In this document: positions 31,771 through 43,414 of the stretch, piece by piece
Layout of the letters: the number at the start of each line of letters is the position of its first letter
Position numbering within the stretch: position 1 is the first letter of the stretch
Source: an uncultured Chloroflexia bacterium
GTDB taxonomy: Bacteria; Chloroflexota; Limnocylindria; QHBO01
Direction: 5' to 3'
NCBI GenBank assembly: GCA_963799675.1
Contig: CAWCXQ010000007.1
Coordinates: 25,130 to 89,129, forward strand
DNA: 64,000 bases
The notes under the pieces: generated by a model
Database searches by the model: none
The model's input: only the letters and a program-made list of their open reading frames with translations
What the model was told of the DNA's origin: nothing
Program-made: the position numbers and the translations under genes

Positions 31771-34271
31771 ATGGAAACGCTGGTCGACCTGGTCACGGAA
31801 GCCGGACGGCGGTTCGATCGCCGTCCCGCGCTGCTGATCCGACCGGTCTTCCGCACCCGGAAATGGCGCTACCGGGACCTTGCGCGGCTTGTCCCACGCG
31901 TCGCGGGCGTCCTCGCCGGGGTCGGAATCGAGCAGGGCGATCGGGTCATCATCTGGGCAGTCAATCGCCCGGAGTGGGGGATTGCATTCCTCGGCGCCGC
32001 CCACGCGGGTGCCGGTGCTCGTCCCGCTCGACGTGCGCACCCCGGCCGATCTGGCGCAGAAGATCGTGGAGCGGACGACGCCGAAGCTCGTCCTGGCGTC
32101 GGCCCAGACGCTCGCAGCGGCGAGTGCGCTCGGGCTGCCGGTGCTGCCGATCGAGCCGCTCCCTGACCTGGCCCGCACGGTGAAACCTCTGTCCTCGCCG
32201 GAGATCGGCCCCGATGACCTGGCCGAGATCGTCTTCACCTCGGGTACGACCGGCGAGCCGAAGGGCGCGATGATCAGCCATCGGAACCTGGTGAGCAACG
32301 CGAGGGTCCTCGTCGAAGTCTTCACGATGGCTCCCGCCGAGCGTCTCCTCTCGGTCCTGCCGCTCTCGCACCTCTTCGAGCAGGTCCCGGGCTTCCTTGC
32401 ACCGCTCGTGGCCGGCGCGAGCGTGGTCTATCCGGTCAGCCGCCAGCCGGCGGTGCTCATGCGGACCTTCCGCGATTTCCGCGCGACGATGCTGCTGATC
32501 GTGCCGCAGGGACTGAAGCTGCTCGACAACGCGATTGAGCGGCGGGTCGACTCGTCCGGCCGGCGCGAGAGCTTCGAGCGGCTCCACGCCTGGGCGCGGA
32601 GGCTTCCCATGCCGCGTGCGAGCGTCTGCTCTTCCGGCCGGTGCTGAGTGCCTTCGGCGGCCGCCTGCGGACGATCGCGGTTGGGGGCGCCGCGATGGAC
32701 GTCGCGCTGGCGCCGCCGCTGGAGCGAGATGGGGGTGGAGGTGCTGCAGGGCTACGGCGCGACCGAGATGAGCCCGGTCGTCAGCTTCACGCGTCCCGGG
32801 CGCAACCGGATCGGGAACGGTCGGCGAGCCGGTGCCAGGGGTCGAGCTGCAGGTTGCCCCGGATGGAGAGGTCTGGGTCCGGGGTCCGGGCAGGTTTGCC
32901 GGCTACTGGAAGGACCCCGACGCGACCGCGGCGGTGATCGATCGCGATGGCTGGTATCACACCGGCGACCTCGGCAGCCTCGGGGCCGATGCGCAGCTGA
33001 CGCTTCACGGTCGGAAGAAGGACATGCTGGCCCTGGCCGATGGGAGCAAGGTCTACCCCGAGGATATCGAGGCGATTCTCGCCGCCGACCCGCGGGTGCG
33101 CGACGCGGCGGTGGTCGGGCTGACCCGGGACGGTGAGCTCCGCGTCCACGCCGTCCTCCTTACCGCTCAACCCGATGAGGCTGACGCGATCGTGCGCCAG
33201 GCGAATACCCGGCTGACCGGCAGCCAGCAGATTCGCTCGCACTCGATCTGGCCGGACGATGATTTCCCCCGCACCCCCACCCAAAAGGTGAAGAAACGGC
33301 TCGTCGTTGACAGCCTGGGCCAGGAGCAGCCCGGCGCCGAGCCTGCCGGCGAAGCGGCTCGGGTCCCTCAGCCGAACGCCGCGACTGCGACCGGCACCGA
33401 CGGACTGATCGGGCTGGTCGCGGGGGTCGCCAACGTTCCGCCGACATCGGTCAATCCGGGGTCGAGGCTCAGCTCGGACCTGGGGATGGACTCGTTGGCG
33501 CGGGTCGAGCTGCTCGGCGTGATCGAGGAAGAGCAGGGTGCTTTCGTCGACGACTCCGCGCTCGACCCGGATGCCACCGTCGAGCAGCTCGAGGCAATGG
33601 TCGAGGCGGCTCGCGACGCCAAGCGCGAGACCGGGATCTTTGGCTGGCCCCTCAACCCGCTCGTGCGCGTCCTCGGGCTCGGCATCCAGGAGCTGCTCAT
33701 CGCCCCCGTCCTTGGTCTCTTCTACCGCGTGCGGATCACCGGCGAGGAGAAGCTCGCTGAGCTCGAGGGCCCGGTGATCTTCCTGCCCAACCACTGCCTG
33801 CATACCGACAACGCGATCATCCTCACCAGCCTGCCGTTCCGCTGGCGGTGGAACCTGACGGTTGCCGCCGCCGCGGACGATATCTTCGGCAACCCGATCC
33901 GGGGCCTCGGTGCCGCGGTAATCGGCAATGCATTTCCCCTCGCGCGCGAGGGCGCCATCCGTCGCAGCCTCGAGCTGTTGGGCGCGCGCCTGGACCGCGA
34001 CTTCTCCGTCCTGATCTATCCCGAGGGCAAGCTCACGGTTGGCGGGCCGATGCAGCCCTTCAAGTCCGGCGCGGGCCTCATCGCGGTCGAGGGCGCAACG
34101 CCGGTGGTGCCCATGAAGGTGAAGGTCCACCGGATGTCGCGCATCGACGCCGCCGGGGCGCCGCTGCGCGGCGACGTGGAGCTGCTCTTCGGCGATCCGA
34201 TCTACTTCACCGCCGGGACCGATGCCAACTCGGCGACTGCGCGGCTCGAGGCGGCGGTGGCGGCCCTGTGA
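31771..34271 (+). CDS. Acyl-CoA/AMP ligase - ACP - acyltransferase fusion, several indels
   Basis: [34 protein letters not shown]; ACP motif LGMDSL; LPLAT motifs NHCLHTD and IYPEG. Confidence 0.85.
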
Positions 34272-34290
34272 CCGCCCGGGCGCGGGCCTG

Positions 34291-35113
34291 ATGCTGCCCA
34301 CCGTCGAGCTCGGCTCGGTCCAGGTCTCGACGCACGACTTCTTCACGATGCTCGGCCTGCTCGTCGGGCGTCGTGTGGTACTACCGAGCACTGCACCGTG
34401 ATCGCCTCCTCGAGCCACGGATCGTCATCATCAGCGTCGCCGCCCTGCTCGGCGGCGCGGTCGGCGCACATCTCATCACGTCGTGGGAGGTCGCCGACGA
34501 GGTTGCGCAGGCCGGGCTGCCCGCTCACCTACGTGCTGACGCACGGGCCCAAGAGCATCCTCGGCGGACTCGCCGGGCGGCTACCTGGCGATCGTGATCT
34601 CCAAGCGGGTCCTCGGCTACGATCTGTCCACCGGCGACTACTACGCTGCCGCCATTCCGCTCGCGCTGGCAATCGGCAGGATCGGATGCTTCCTCGCCGA
34701 GCTCCCGCTCGGCACGCCGACGAGCCTGCCATGGGGCATGACAGTCAGCCCGGAGGCGGCCGCCGCCTTTCCCCGCTGTCCCGGCTGCGGCGGCCCGATG
34801 CACCCTTCGATGCTCTACGAGATCGGCTTCCACGCGGCCGCGTTCGCGCTCATCTGGCGCCGGTCGCCACTCCTGCCCATTCGCGGCGACACGCTGAAGC
34901 TCTACCTGCTGGCCTACGGGCTCTTCCGCTTCGGCGTCGAGTTCGTGCGGGGCAACGAGGTGCAGTCGCTTTGGGCTGACCGGCCCGCAGCTGGTGCTCA
35001 TCCCGCTGACCGCGCTGCTCGTCATCCACTTCGTCCGGCGCCTGCGCAGCGGCGCCTATCGACTTCCCGCGCCGCCGGCGGCGCAGACCGCAACAGGGGA
35101 GGGTCTTAGGTGA
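34291..35113 (+). CDS. Lgt-family paralog (non-canonical), several indels
   Basis: KSILGG, GRIGCF, LPWG, CPGC, HPSMLYE, YGLFRFGVEFVRG. Confidence 0.78.
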
Positions 35114-35385
35114 CCAGAGAGGTCGATCCGCGGATCGCGGAATACGTCCGCAAGCATCGCCAGCGATACACGCCGGAGGCGATCCGGCAGCGGCTGATCG
35201 AGGCCGGCTACCCCGCGCCCGACGTCGATGCTGCCCTCATGGCGCTGATCCAGGAACCGCCCCGACGGCGAAGTGCGTGGGGCACGGTGCTCCAGGTCCT
35301 CCTCGTCACCATCGCAGTCATCTGCGTCGGCGCGCTGCTGATCGGCGCCGTCTGCATCGCGCTCATTCTCGGCATCAACGGCTAA
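35110..35385 (+). CDS. Small membrane protein with RRR-hydrophobic-Cys C-terminus
   Basis: GTGA overlap with the Lgt paralog; ...PPRRRSAWGTVLQVLLVTIAVICVGALLIGAVCIALILGING. Confidence 0.7.
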   Translation: MTREVDPRIAEYVRKHRQRYTPEAIRQRLIEAGYPAPDVDAALMALIQEPPRRRSAWGTVLQVLLVTIAVICVGALLIGAVCIALILGING

Positions 35386-35395
35386 GGAGAATCGC

Positions 35396-36938
35396 ATGCT
35401 CGCCCTTCGTCCCTACACGCCGCTGCGGATGGTGCTCACCGTCTGCGGCCACTGCTTCAGCGATGACCCGAACCGCGAGATCGACTATGCGACCGACGTC
35501 CTGCAGGGGAACCTCGTGCTCATGGACGGATCGGTCTATCTCCGACGCCACTGCCAGCGCGGGCACGGCGAGGTTGTCAGCCTCTACGACGAGGACTACG
35601 ACCTGTGGAGCTACCTCCAGCAGTGGCGCGTGCCGACGCGCGAGATCATCCCGGACACCCCCGACAACGTGCTCCCTATCCCGATGGGCTACCGGAGCGG
35701 ACTCGGTGAGCTGCAGACGCAGCATTCCTGCATCCTGCTGATCGACGTCACCGAGGCGTGCAACCTGCGCTGCCCGACCTGCTTCGCGGAGAGCGGGCCG
35801 GGAATCGGCCGCTACGCACGCCTGCCGCACATCCTGCGGTCGCTGGACGCAAGCATCGAGCGCGAGGGCGGCAAGATCGACGTGCTGATGCTGTCCGGCG
35901 GCGAGCCGACCGTCCATCCCGAGATCGTCGAGATCATTCGCCAGGCGACGGCTCGTCCGGTGACGAGGGTGCTGCTGAACACCAACGGGGTGCGCATCGC
36001 GAAGGACGACAAGCTGCTGGCCGAGCTCGCCAGCCTGCGTGACCGGGTCGAGGTCTACCTCCAGTTCGACGGCTTCGAGCTCGAGACGCACCTCTATCAC
36101 CGCGGCGAGGACCTGCGCGCGGTGAAGGAGGCTGCCATCCGGCGCCTGACCGATGCCGGCATCTTCACGACGCTCACCATGGTCGTCGCAGCGGGCGTCA
36201 ACGAGCACGAGATCGGGCGCGGTGGCGGACTACGCATTCGCGACCGAGTACATCGCCGGAGTCGCCTACCAGCCGGTCTTCGGATCTGGCCGCGCCAACC
36301 CGATCGACCCGATGCAGCGCATGACCACCACCGGCGTCCTGCGCCGCCTGGCGCCGCAGACCGACGGACGCGCCTCGGCCGCGGACTTCATCGCGCTGCC
36401 CTGCAGCCACCCTGACTGCTGCGCGATCAGCTACTTCGTCCGCGGCGACGATGGCCGGCATCGGTCGGTCGTGGACATGGTCGGCATCGAGCGGATCAGG
36501 GCAAACCTCGGCCTGGTCGGGAACCGGATCGCGGCCGACGACGGCCTCTGGCAGTCGCTGATGGGGATGATGAGCGAGACGACGACGGTCACCCGGCCCG
36601 AGCTGCTCGACTACCTGGTCAACATCTGCGAGGCGTGCGACATCGGCCTGTCGGGCTTCCTGCGGTCGTTAGGCGACATGGTCATGAAGCGGGAGCGTGC
36701 CTCCGAGGCCGTCGCCAAACGCGTGAAGCGGCTGACGGTGAAGTCGTTCATGGACGCATGGACGCTCAACATCGAGCGGCTGCAGCAGTGCTGCGTACAC
36801 GTCGGCTCGACCGATGCGGAGACCGAGCCGGTCCGAATTCCCTTCTGTGCACGGCAGCTGTTCGGCTCGCTCCGGACGCGCACGTCTGCGGGCCAGGTCG
36901 GAGCGCGGGAGCTGGTCAGGCTGGAGAGCCTGCGATGA
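35396..36938 (+). CDS. Radical SAM enzyme of the Tes/GDGT-MAS (MJ0619-like) family, indel near 36215
   Basis: CGHC..CQRGH, DVTEACNLRCPTCFA, GGEPT, TNG, YLQFDG, QPVFGSGR, SHPDCC, FMDA, RLQQCCVH, IPFC; TAAGGAG SD. Confidence 0.85.
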
Positions 36939-37231
36939 CCGAATGGCTTGCAACCCCTGCCGGGCTCCGTCCGGGGCCGACCCAGGCCGAGAAGTGGGAG
37001 AAGGCCGCCTTCACGTTCTGCAAGATGGGCACGACCGGACTCATCGCCTGGGTGCTCACGCCTGCGGTCTTCGTGCTGGTGGTGGCGGCGCTCGCGATCG
37101 CCCTCTACGGTCGGGCTATCGCGCTGGGCGTCACCCGCAGCAAGTGCTTCCTGCGCAGGCCCACGTACATCATCGGCCTCTGGGCGACGGTGGGGATCGC
37201 CGACGCGGTCTGGCTGCTGGTGCCGCGCTGA
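36935..37231 (+). CDS. Small membrane protein, last gene of the radical SAM operon
   Basis: ATGA overlap; hydrophobic segments; convergent with the next gene. Confidence 0.65.
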   Translation: MTEWLATPAGLRPGPTQAEKWEKAAFTFCKMGTTGLIAWVLTPAVFVLVVAALAIALYGRAIALGVTRSKCFLRRPTYIIGLWATVGIADAVWLLVPR

Positions 37232-37245
37232 GGCCAGTTCCCAGG

Positions 37246-40200
37246 TCAGCGCCTGGCTCGGCGGCCCAGCCGGATCACCGAGAGCACGAGCGACCCGAAC
37301 GCGAGGAAGGTCGCCAGCAGGGTTGGAACGAAGCGTTGCTGCGCGGCGGTATTCGGAAGACCACCGGACATGCGCGGCTCGGTCACCACGATGGTCGTCA
37401 CCTGGTTGGAGGTGTCATTGGCGGGATCGGGGTCGGTGGTGCCGCTGCTGGTGACGCTGGCGGTGTTGTGGAGGCTGCTGCCCACCGGCGCCGCAGCCGC
37501 GAGGGTGACGTGGATCGTGAAGCTGCGCGCGGCGCCAAGGGCCAGTGCGCCGCCGCTGCACGTCACCAGCTGGCCGACCACCGAGCAGGCGGCATCGCTG
37601 CCGCTCGACTGGAAGCTGAGCCCGACCGGCAGCATGTCGCTGAGCACAAAGCCGCCCACGTTGTCGGAGGGACCCTGGTTGGTGACGGTCAGGCTGTAGT
37701 CGAAGCCGGCCGCGTCGCCGGCCAGCGCGCTGGGGGGACCGCTGTTGGTGAGCACCAGGTCGGCTCGGGTCGTGACCGTGGCGCTTGCGCTGGCCATGTC
37801 GTTGCTGCTATCCGGGTCCGAGGTGGTGCTGGCCACGCTGGCGGTGTTGCTGAGGATGGCTCCCTCCGGCGTGTTGGCCGCCACCATGGCGCCGATGCGG
37901 AGCGTCAGGCTCTCGCCGGCCGCGAGCGCCCAGGCTGAGAGGGCTGCTCCAGGCCATCCCGCCGGATGGGTCGCACAGCGCGCCAAGGCAGTACGTGGCT
38001 CCGCTCAGCGGCGCGGGCAGCAGGTCGCTGAGGCTGACCGCCTGCGCGTCACTGGGACCTGCATTGTCGATGGTCAGGGTGTAGGTCAGCAGCGTGCCAG
38101 CCACGACCGGATCGGGGTCCACCGAGATCGTCGCCGACAGGTCGGCCGCGGTCACGACCAAGGTCGTCACCTGGTTGGAGGTGTCATTGGCGGGATCGGG
38201 GTCGGTGGTGCCGCTGCTGGTGACGCTGGCGGTGTTGTGGAGGCTGCTGCCCACCGGCGCCGCGGCCGCGAGGGTGACGTGGATCGTGAAGCTGCGCGCG
38301 GCAGCGAGGGCCAGCGCGCCGCCGCTGCACGTCACCAGCTGGCCGACCACCGAGCAGGCGGCATCGCTGCCGCTCGACTGGAAGCTGAGCCCGACCGGCA
38401 GCATGTCGCTGAGCACGAAGCCGCCCACGTTGTCGGAGGGACCCTGGTTGGTGACGGTCAGGCTGTAGTCGAAGCCGGCCGCGTCGCCGGCCAGCGCGCT
38501 GGGGGGACCGCTGTTGGTGAGCACCAGGTCGGCTCGGGTCGTGACCGTGGCGCTTGCGCTGGCCACGTCGTTGCTGCTATCCGGGTCCGAGGTGGTGCTG
38601 GCCACGCTGGCGGTGTTGCTGAGGATGGCTCCCTCCGGCGTGTTGGCCGCCACCATGGCGCCGATGCGGACCGTCAGGCTCTCGCCGGCCAGCAGAGCGT
38701 GCCCAGGCTGAGAGGGCTGCTCCAGGCCATCCCGCCGGATGGGTCGCACAGTGCGCCAAGGCAGTACGTTGCTCCGCTCAGCGGCGCGGGCAGCATGTCG
38801 CTGAGGCTGACCGCCTGCGCGTCACTCGGACCTGCATTGTCGATGGTCAGGGTGTAGGTCAGCAGCGTGCCAGCCACGACCGGATCGGGGTCGACCGAGA
38901 TCGTCGCCGACAGGTCGGCGGCCGGGTCACCCACTGCGAAGTCACTGAAGGTGGTCAATCCGCCAGCTGTGATCGAAGTCGCGGTGCGCTGCGTAACATT
39001 TGGTGCCGTCCAGGTTCCGCCGGTGAGCTTCGCGACGACAAAGGCCGCGCTGCTGGCGCCGGGATCCACGTCCGACGGGACCCAGGCCAGGGCGATGTCG
39101 TAGTCGGTGAACACGAGACCCGCCGCCGTGAGAGTCCAGTACCGGTTCACGCTGAGCGCCGGGTTGATCACCGAACCGGCGAGTGCCGGGTGGTCGCCCG
39201 GTGTCGTCGACGCCGTCAGCTGGCCTCCCGTGAAAACCTGGCCGAATGTGACGGTCGCGGGCGCATAGACCGAGGCGTCCCCAATCTCGAACATGACGGC
39301 GGTGTTCAAGCCTGCAACGATCGGCTTGCGCAGGCTGCCGATAACGTGGCCAGTGAGCCGCGTGACCGAGCCCGCTGGACCGATGGTGGTGACAAACGTC
39401 GCCGAGTCGAGGTTGCCGCCTGTGAGGCCAAGCGTTCCATCGACGGTAAGCGCCGCGCCCAGGGTCAGCCCCGCGGGATTGTTGATGGTCAGGTTGTTGA
39501 GGGACGCGACGCTTGGCGGCAGCGTGATGCCGGCCGAGGAGCCGTTGATCACGATGGACGACGTCGAATCGGCCGCGAGATTATTCGCGGTGCCAGCGAT
39601 TGGCTTGGCGATGGATAGCGTGTGGGCGCCGACTGTGAATGGTCCGTTGGCAAGGGTCAGCGTCCCGTTCACCGCGATCGAGCTCGCCAGCGTGACTCCC
39701 GCCGCGTCGTTGATCACAAGATTGAAGAGCGCGATCGCCCCCGACCCGCTGATCGCCTGGCCCGACGTCCCGTCCAGGAGGAAGGTGCTGCCGCCGGAGT
39801 TCAGCGTGCCGTTCACGACCAGGTCGCCGAGGACCTCGACAGTGCTGCTGTTGGCGCTCAGCGTCCCCGCGATCGTCAGGCGCCCGCCGACGAGGATGGG
39901 AGCGTTGGCCGGTGCGGTGGTCAGCGTTCCGCCGCTTACCGTCAGGTCCGCATTCACCGCGAGAGCGTTGCCCACGGTGACTGTCCCCGCGGTCACGACC
40001 AGGTAGGCGAATGACATTCCGCTCGCGCGTAGCGTGATGGAAGCGGCGATCACCAGCGTGCTGCTGCCGGGATCGACCGTGCCGCTGGTATAGGTCCAGT
40101 TGCGCCCGGTGCGCAGGGTGCCGGCCAGGGTCAGCGTGCCACCGCTCTTGGCGATCTGCAGGTTGGGCAGGGCACCGGCCGCCGGGGTGGCGGCACCGGT

Positions 40201-43047
40201 GAAGGTCTGGTTGGCGGCACCGTCGATGAGCAGCAGCCCGGTGCCGCCCGCGAAGGTCGAGGCCTGGCTGATCGCCCCGCGCGCGGCCAGCGTGCCGGTA
40301 TTGAACGAACCGGAGGTCAAGCTCAGCGTGCCGGAGACGGTGACGATGGCGCTGGCCACCCCGGTGATGGTGCCGCCGCGCAGGTCGAAGTTGGCGAGCG
40401 GCATGTTGCCCGATAGGATGCCGGCCGTCATCACCAGCGTGCTGCTGCCGGGATCGACCGTGCCGCTGGTATAGGTCCAGTTGCGCCCGGTGCGCAGGGT
40501 GCCGGCCAGGGTCAGCGTGCCACCGCTCTTGGCGATCTGCAGGTTGGGCAGGGCACCGGCCGCCGGGGTGGCGGCACCGGTGAAGGTCTGGTTGGCGGCA
40601 CCGTCGATGAGCAGCAGCCCGGTGCCGCCCCCGAAGGTCGAGGCCTGGCTGATCGCCCCGCGCGCGGCCAGCGTGCCGGTCCCGTTGAGGGTGGCCGCGG
40701 TGAGCGTGGTGGCACCGTTCACGATCAAGGTGCCATCCAGGGTGATGGTGGCGGCCACCGGCAGGTTCAGCCCACCCGACAGGGTGACAGTGGTGCCGAC
40801 CGGCACGCTCATCGAGCCGCGGATCTCCAGGTTCGCCAGGTCATGGCTGCCCGATAGGATGCCGGCCGTCATCACCAGCGTGCTGCTGCCGGGATCGACC
40901 GTGCCGCTGGTGTAGGTCCAGTTGCGCCCGGTGCGCAGGGTGCCGGCCAGGGTCAGCGTGCCACCGCTCTTGGCGATCTGCAGGTTGGGCAGGGCACCGG
41001 CCGCCGGGGTGGCGGCACCGGTGAAGGTCTGGTTGGCGGCACCGTCGATGAGCAGCAGCCCGGTGCCGCCCCCGAAGGTCGAGGCCTGGCTGATCGCCCC
41101 GCGCGCGGCCAGCGTGCCGGTATTGAACGAACCGGAGGTCAAGCTCAGCGTGCCGGAGACGGTGACGATGGCGCTGGCCACCCCGGTGATGGTGCCGCCG
41201 CGCAGGTCGAAGTTGGCGAGCGGCATGTTGCCCGATAGGATGCCGGCCGTCATCACCAGCGTGCTGCTGCCGGGATCGACCGTGCCGCTGGTATAGGTCC
41301 AGTTGCGCCCGGTGCGCAGGGTGCCGGCCAGGGTCAGCGTGCCACCGCTCTTGGCGATCTGCAGGTTGGGCAGGGCACCGGCCGCCGGGGTGGCGGCACC
41401 GGTGAAGGTCTGGTTGGCGGCACCGTCGATGAGCAGCAGCCCGGTGCCGCCCCCGAAGGTCGAGGCCTGGCTGATCGCCCCGCGCGCGGCCAGCGTGCCG
41501 GTCCCGTTGAGGGTGGCCGCGGTGAGCGTGGTGGCACCGTTCACGATCAAGGTGCCATCCAGGGTGATGGTGGCGGCCACCGGCAGGTTCAGCCCACCCG
41601 ACAGGGTGACAGTGGTGCCGACCGGCACGCTCATCGAGCCGCGGATCTCCAGGTTCGCCAGGTCATGGCTGCCCGATAGGATGCCGGCCGTCATCACCAG
41701 CGTGCTGCTGCCGGGATCGACCGTGCCGCTGGTATAGGTCCAGTTGCGCCCGGTGCGCAGGGTGCCGGCCAGGGTCAGCGTGCCACCGCTCTTGGCGATC
41801 TGCAGGTTGGGCAGGGCACCGGCCGCCGGGGTGGCGGCACCGGTGAAGGTCTGGTTGGCGGCACCGTCGATGAGCAGCAGCCCGGTGCCGCCCCCGAAGG
41901 TCGAGGCCTGGCTGATCGCCCCGCGCGCGGCCAGCGTGCCGGTCCCGTTGAGGGTGGCCGCGGTGAGCGTGGTGGCACCGTTCACGATCAAGGTGCCATC
42001 CAGGGTGATGGTGGCGGCCACCGGCAGGTTCAGCCCACCCGACAGGGTGACGGTGGTGCCGACCGGCACGCTCATCGAGCCGCGGATCTCCAGGTTCGCC
42101 AGGTCATGGCTGCCCGATAGGATGCCGGCCGTCATCACCAGCGTGCTGCTGCCGGGATCGACCGTGCCGCTGGTATAGGTCCAGTTGCGCCCGGTGCGCA
42201 GGGTGCCGGCCAGGGTCAGCGTGCCACCGCTCTTGGCGATCTGCAGGTTGGGCAGGGCACCGGCCGCCGGGGTGGCGGCACCGGTGAAGGTCTGGTTGGC
42301 GGCACCGTCGATGAGCAGCAGCCCGGTGCCGCCCCCGAAGGTCGAGGCCTGGCTGATCGCCCCGCGCGCGGCCAGCGTGCCGGTCCCGTTGAGGGTGGCC
42401 GCGGTGAGCGTGGTGGCACCGTTCACGATCAAGGTGGTTCCGGCAGCGATCGTCTTCGTGCCCGATGCGAAGATCACATTGTTGAACGCTGCGGTGCCGC
42501 CGAGGTCGATCGTGGCAGCGCTGGTCGCGAAGCTCACGGTCCCGCCGTTGGGTACATACGTGCCGGCGCCCTTGGTGAAGTTGCCCGTGACGGTCAGCGT
42601 TCCGCTTGTGCTCGTGAACGTGCCGCCGGTCAGGGCGAAGGGACCATTGATGGTGAGGGCTGCCGACCCCCCAGCGAATCCTCCGGCGGCCTGACTGAAC
42701 CCCATCGCTCCAACTGTCACAGTCACGCCGCCGGACTGCGTCAGCGTCCCGCTGTAGCCTGCGTTGACGGCCAACCCTGCGACGCTGACGTTGACATTCA
42801 GCGTGGCCGGCTTCGCGCTCGTGCCGTCGAAGACGGCCGTGTCGCCGGCGGCTGGAACCACGAGGCCCGACCAGTTGAGGGCGTCATTCCACAGATTGCT
42901 TGCCCCAAGGCCTGTCCAGGTCCGCGTAGCTCCGGCCGCAGGCGTTGGTGTAACAGCGAGCAGCACGGCGACAGCCGTGACGAGGACGAGAGACGCGAAC
43001 CATGCCCGCATGAAGGGGCTCGGACGGCGCCTGTCGACGAATCGCAT
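37246..43047 (-). CDS. Giant secreted repetitive surface protein (about 1,900 aa): signal peptide, beta-helix-like tandem repeats, DUF11 domains, LPNTA sorting signal; split into three ORFs by indels near 38700 and 37920
   Basis: ORFs 38674-43047, 37808-38749 and 37246-37986 are contiguous in sequence; ADLSATISVDPDP..LTYTLTIDNAGPSDA DUF11 pattern; LPNTA + hydrophobic stretch + RRARR. Confidence 0.8.
37410..38900. repeat. Tandem duplication of about 769 bp covering two DUF11 domains, plus a partial third copy
   Basis: Matching antisense ORFs start at 37745 and 38514; near-identical sequence. Confidence 0.85.
40020..42440. repeat. Intragenic near-identical tandem repeats of 441 bp (A) and 381 bp (B), gene order A-A-B-A-B plus a partial unit
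   Basis: Identical antisense ORF starts at 40100, 40481, 40922, 41303, 41744 and 42185 (spacings 381, 441, 381, 441, 441). Confidence 0.92.
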
Positions 43048-43311
43048 GCTCCGCGCAGCAGAGTGGTTGGCAAGTGCAGGGATCGCGTGCTCGTCCTTTG
43101 CGCTCTAGCCCCCCGGCCACCGCCCTGTTAGCGATCCGGCCCGGGGGCAAGATCCGACGCGATTTGGAGCCGATAAGGCCTCGCCCGATTCAACCTCGGC
43201 AGAGCGAGTAGTGCTAGAGGGCTATCGGGGGAAGAAGGGCCCCGTACTTTTGTACGCCTGTGGCCAGCGCGTGACTCTCGGAGGCGCGGATGCCTAAAAT
43301 GCGAGCTCCTG

Positions 43312-43387
43312 GCGGGAGTAGCTCAGCTGGTAGAGCGCCACCTTCCCAAGGTGGATGTCGCGAGTTCGAGTCTCGTCTCCCGCTCCA
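43312..43387 (+). tRNA. tRNA-Gly (CCC)
   Basis: GCGGGAG/CTCCCGC acceptor stem, TAGCTCAGCTGGTAGAGC D arm, CCACC-TTCCCAA-GGTGG anticodon arm, GTTCGAGTC T loop, encoded CCA; TAAAAT -10 upstream. Confidence 0.97.
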
Positions 43388-43414
43388 CTTTTAGACGCAC
43401 GAAGCGGCCTCGCG

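Noticed and set aside
37900-38760. Frameshifts at equivalent positions in both 769-bp copies as programmed frameshifting or phase variation
   Set aside because: The two indels differ, no slippery sequence or simple repeat tract is present, and the background indel rate is high.
40020-42440. Regular repeats as a possible CRISPR array or mobile element
   Set aside because: Units are 381/441 bp, in frame within a CDS, with no unique spacers, cas genes or transposase.
43050-43310. Possible c-di-GMP or c-di-AMP riboswitch upstream of the giant surface protein
   Set aside because: Only fragmentary matches (gcgcaaagg); the consensus stems could not be built. A cmsearch would be needed.
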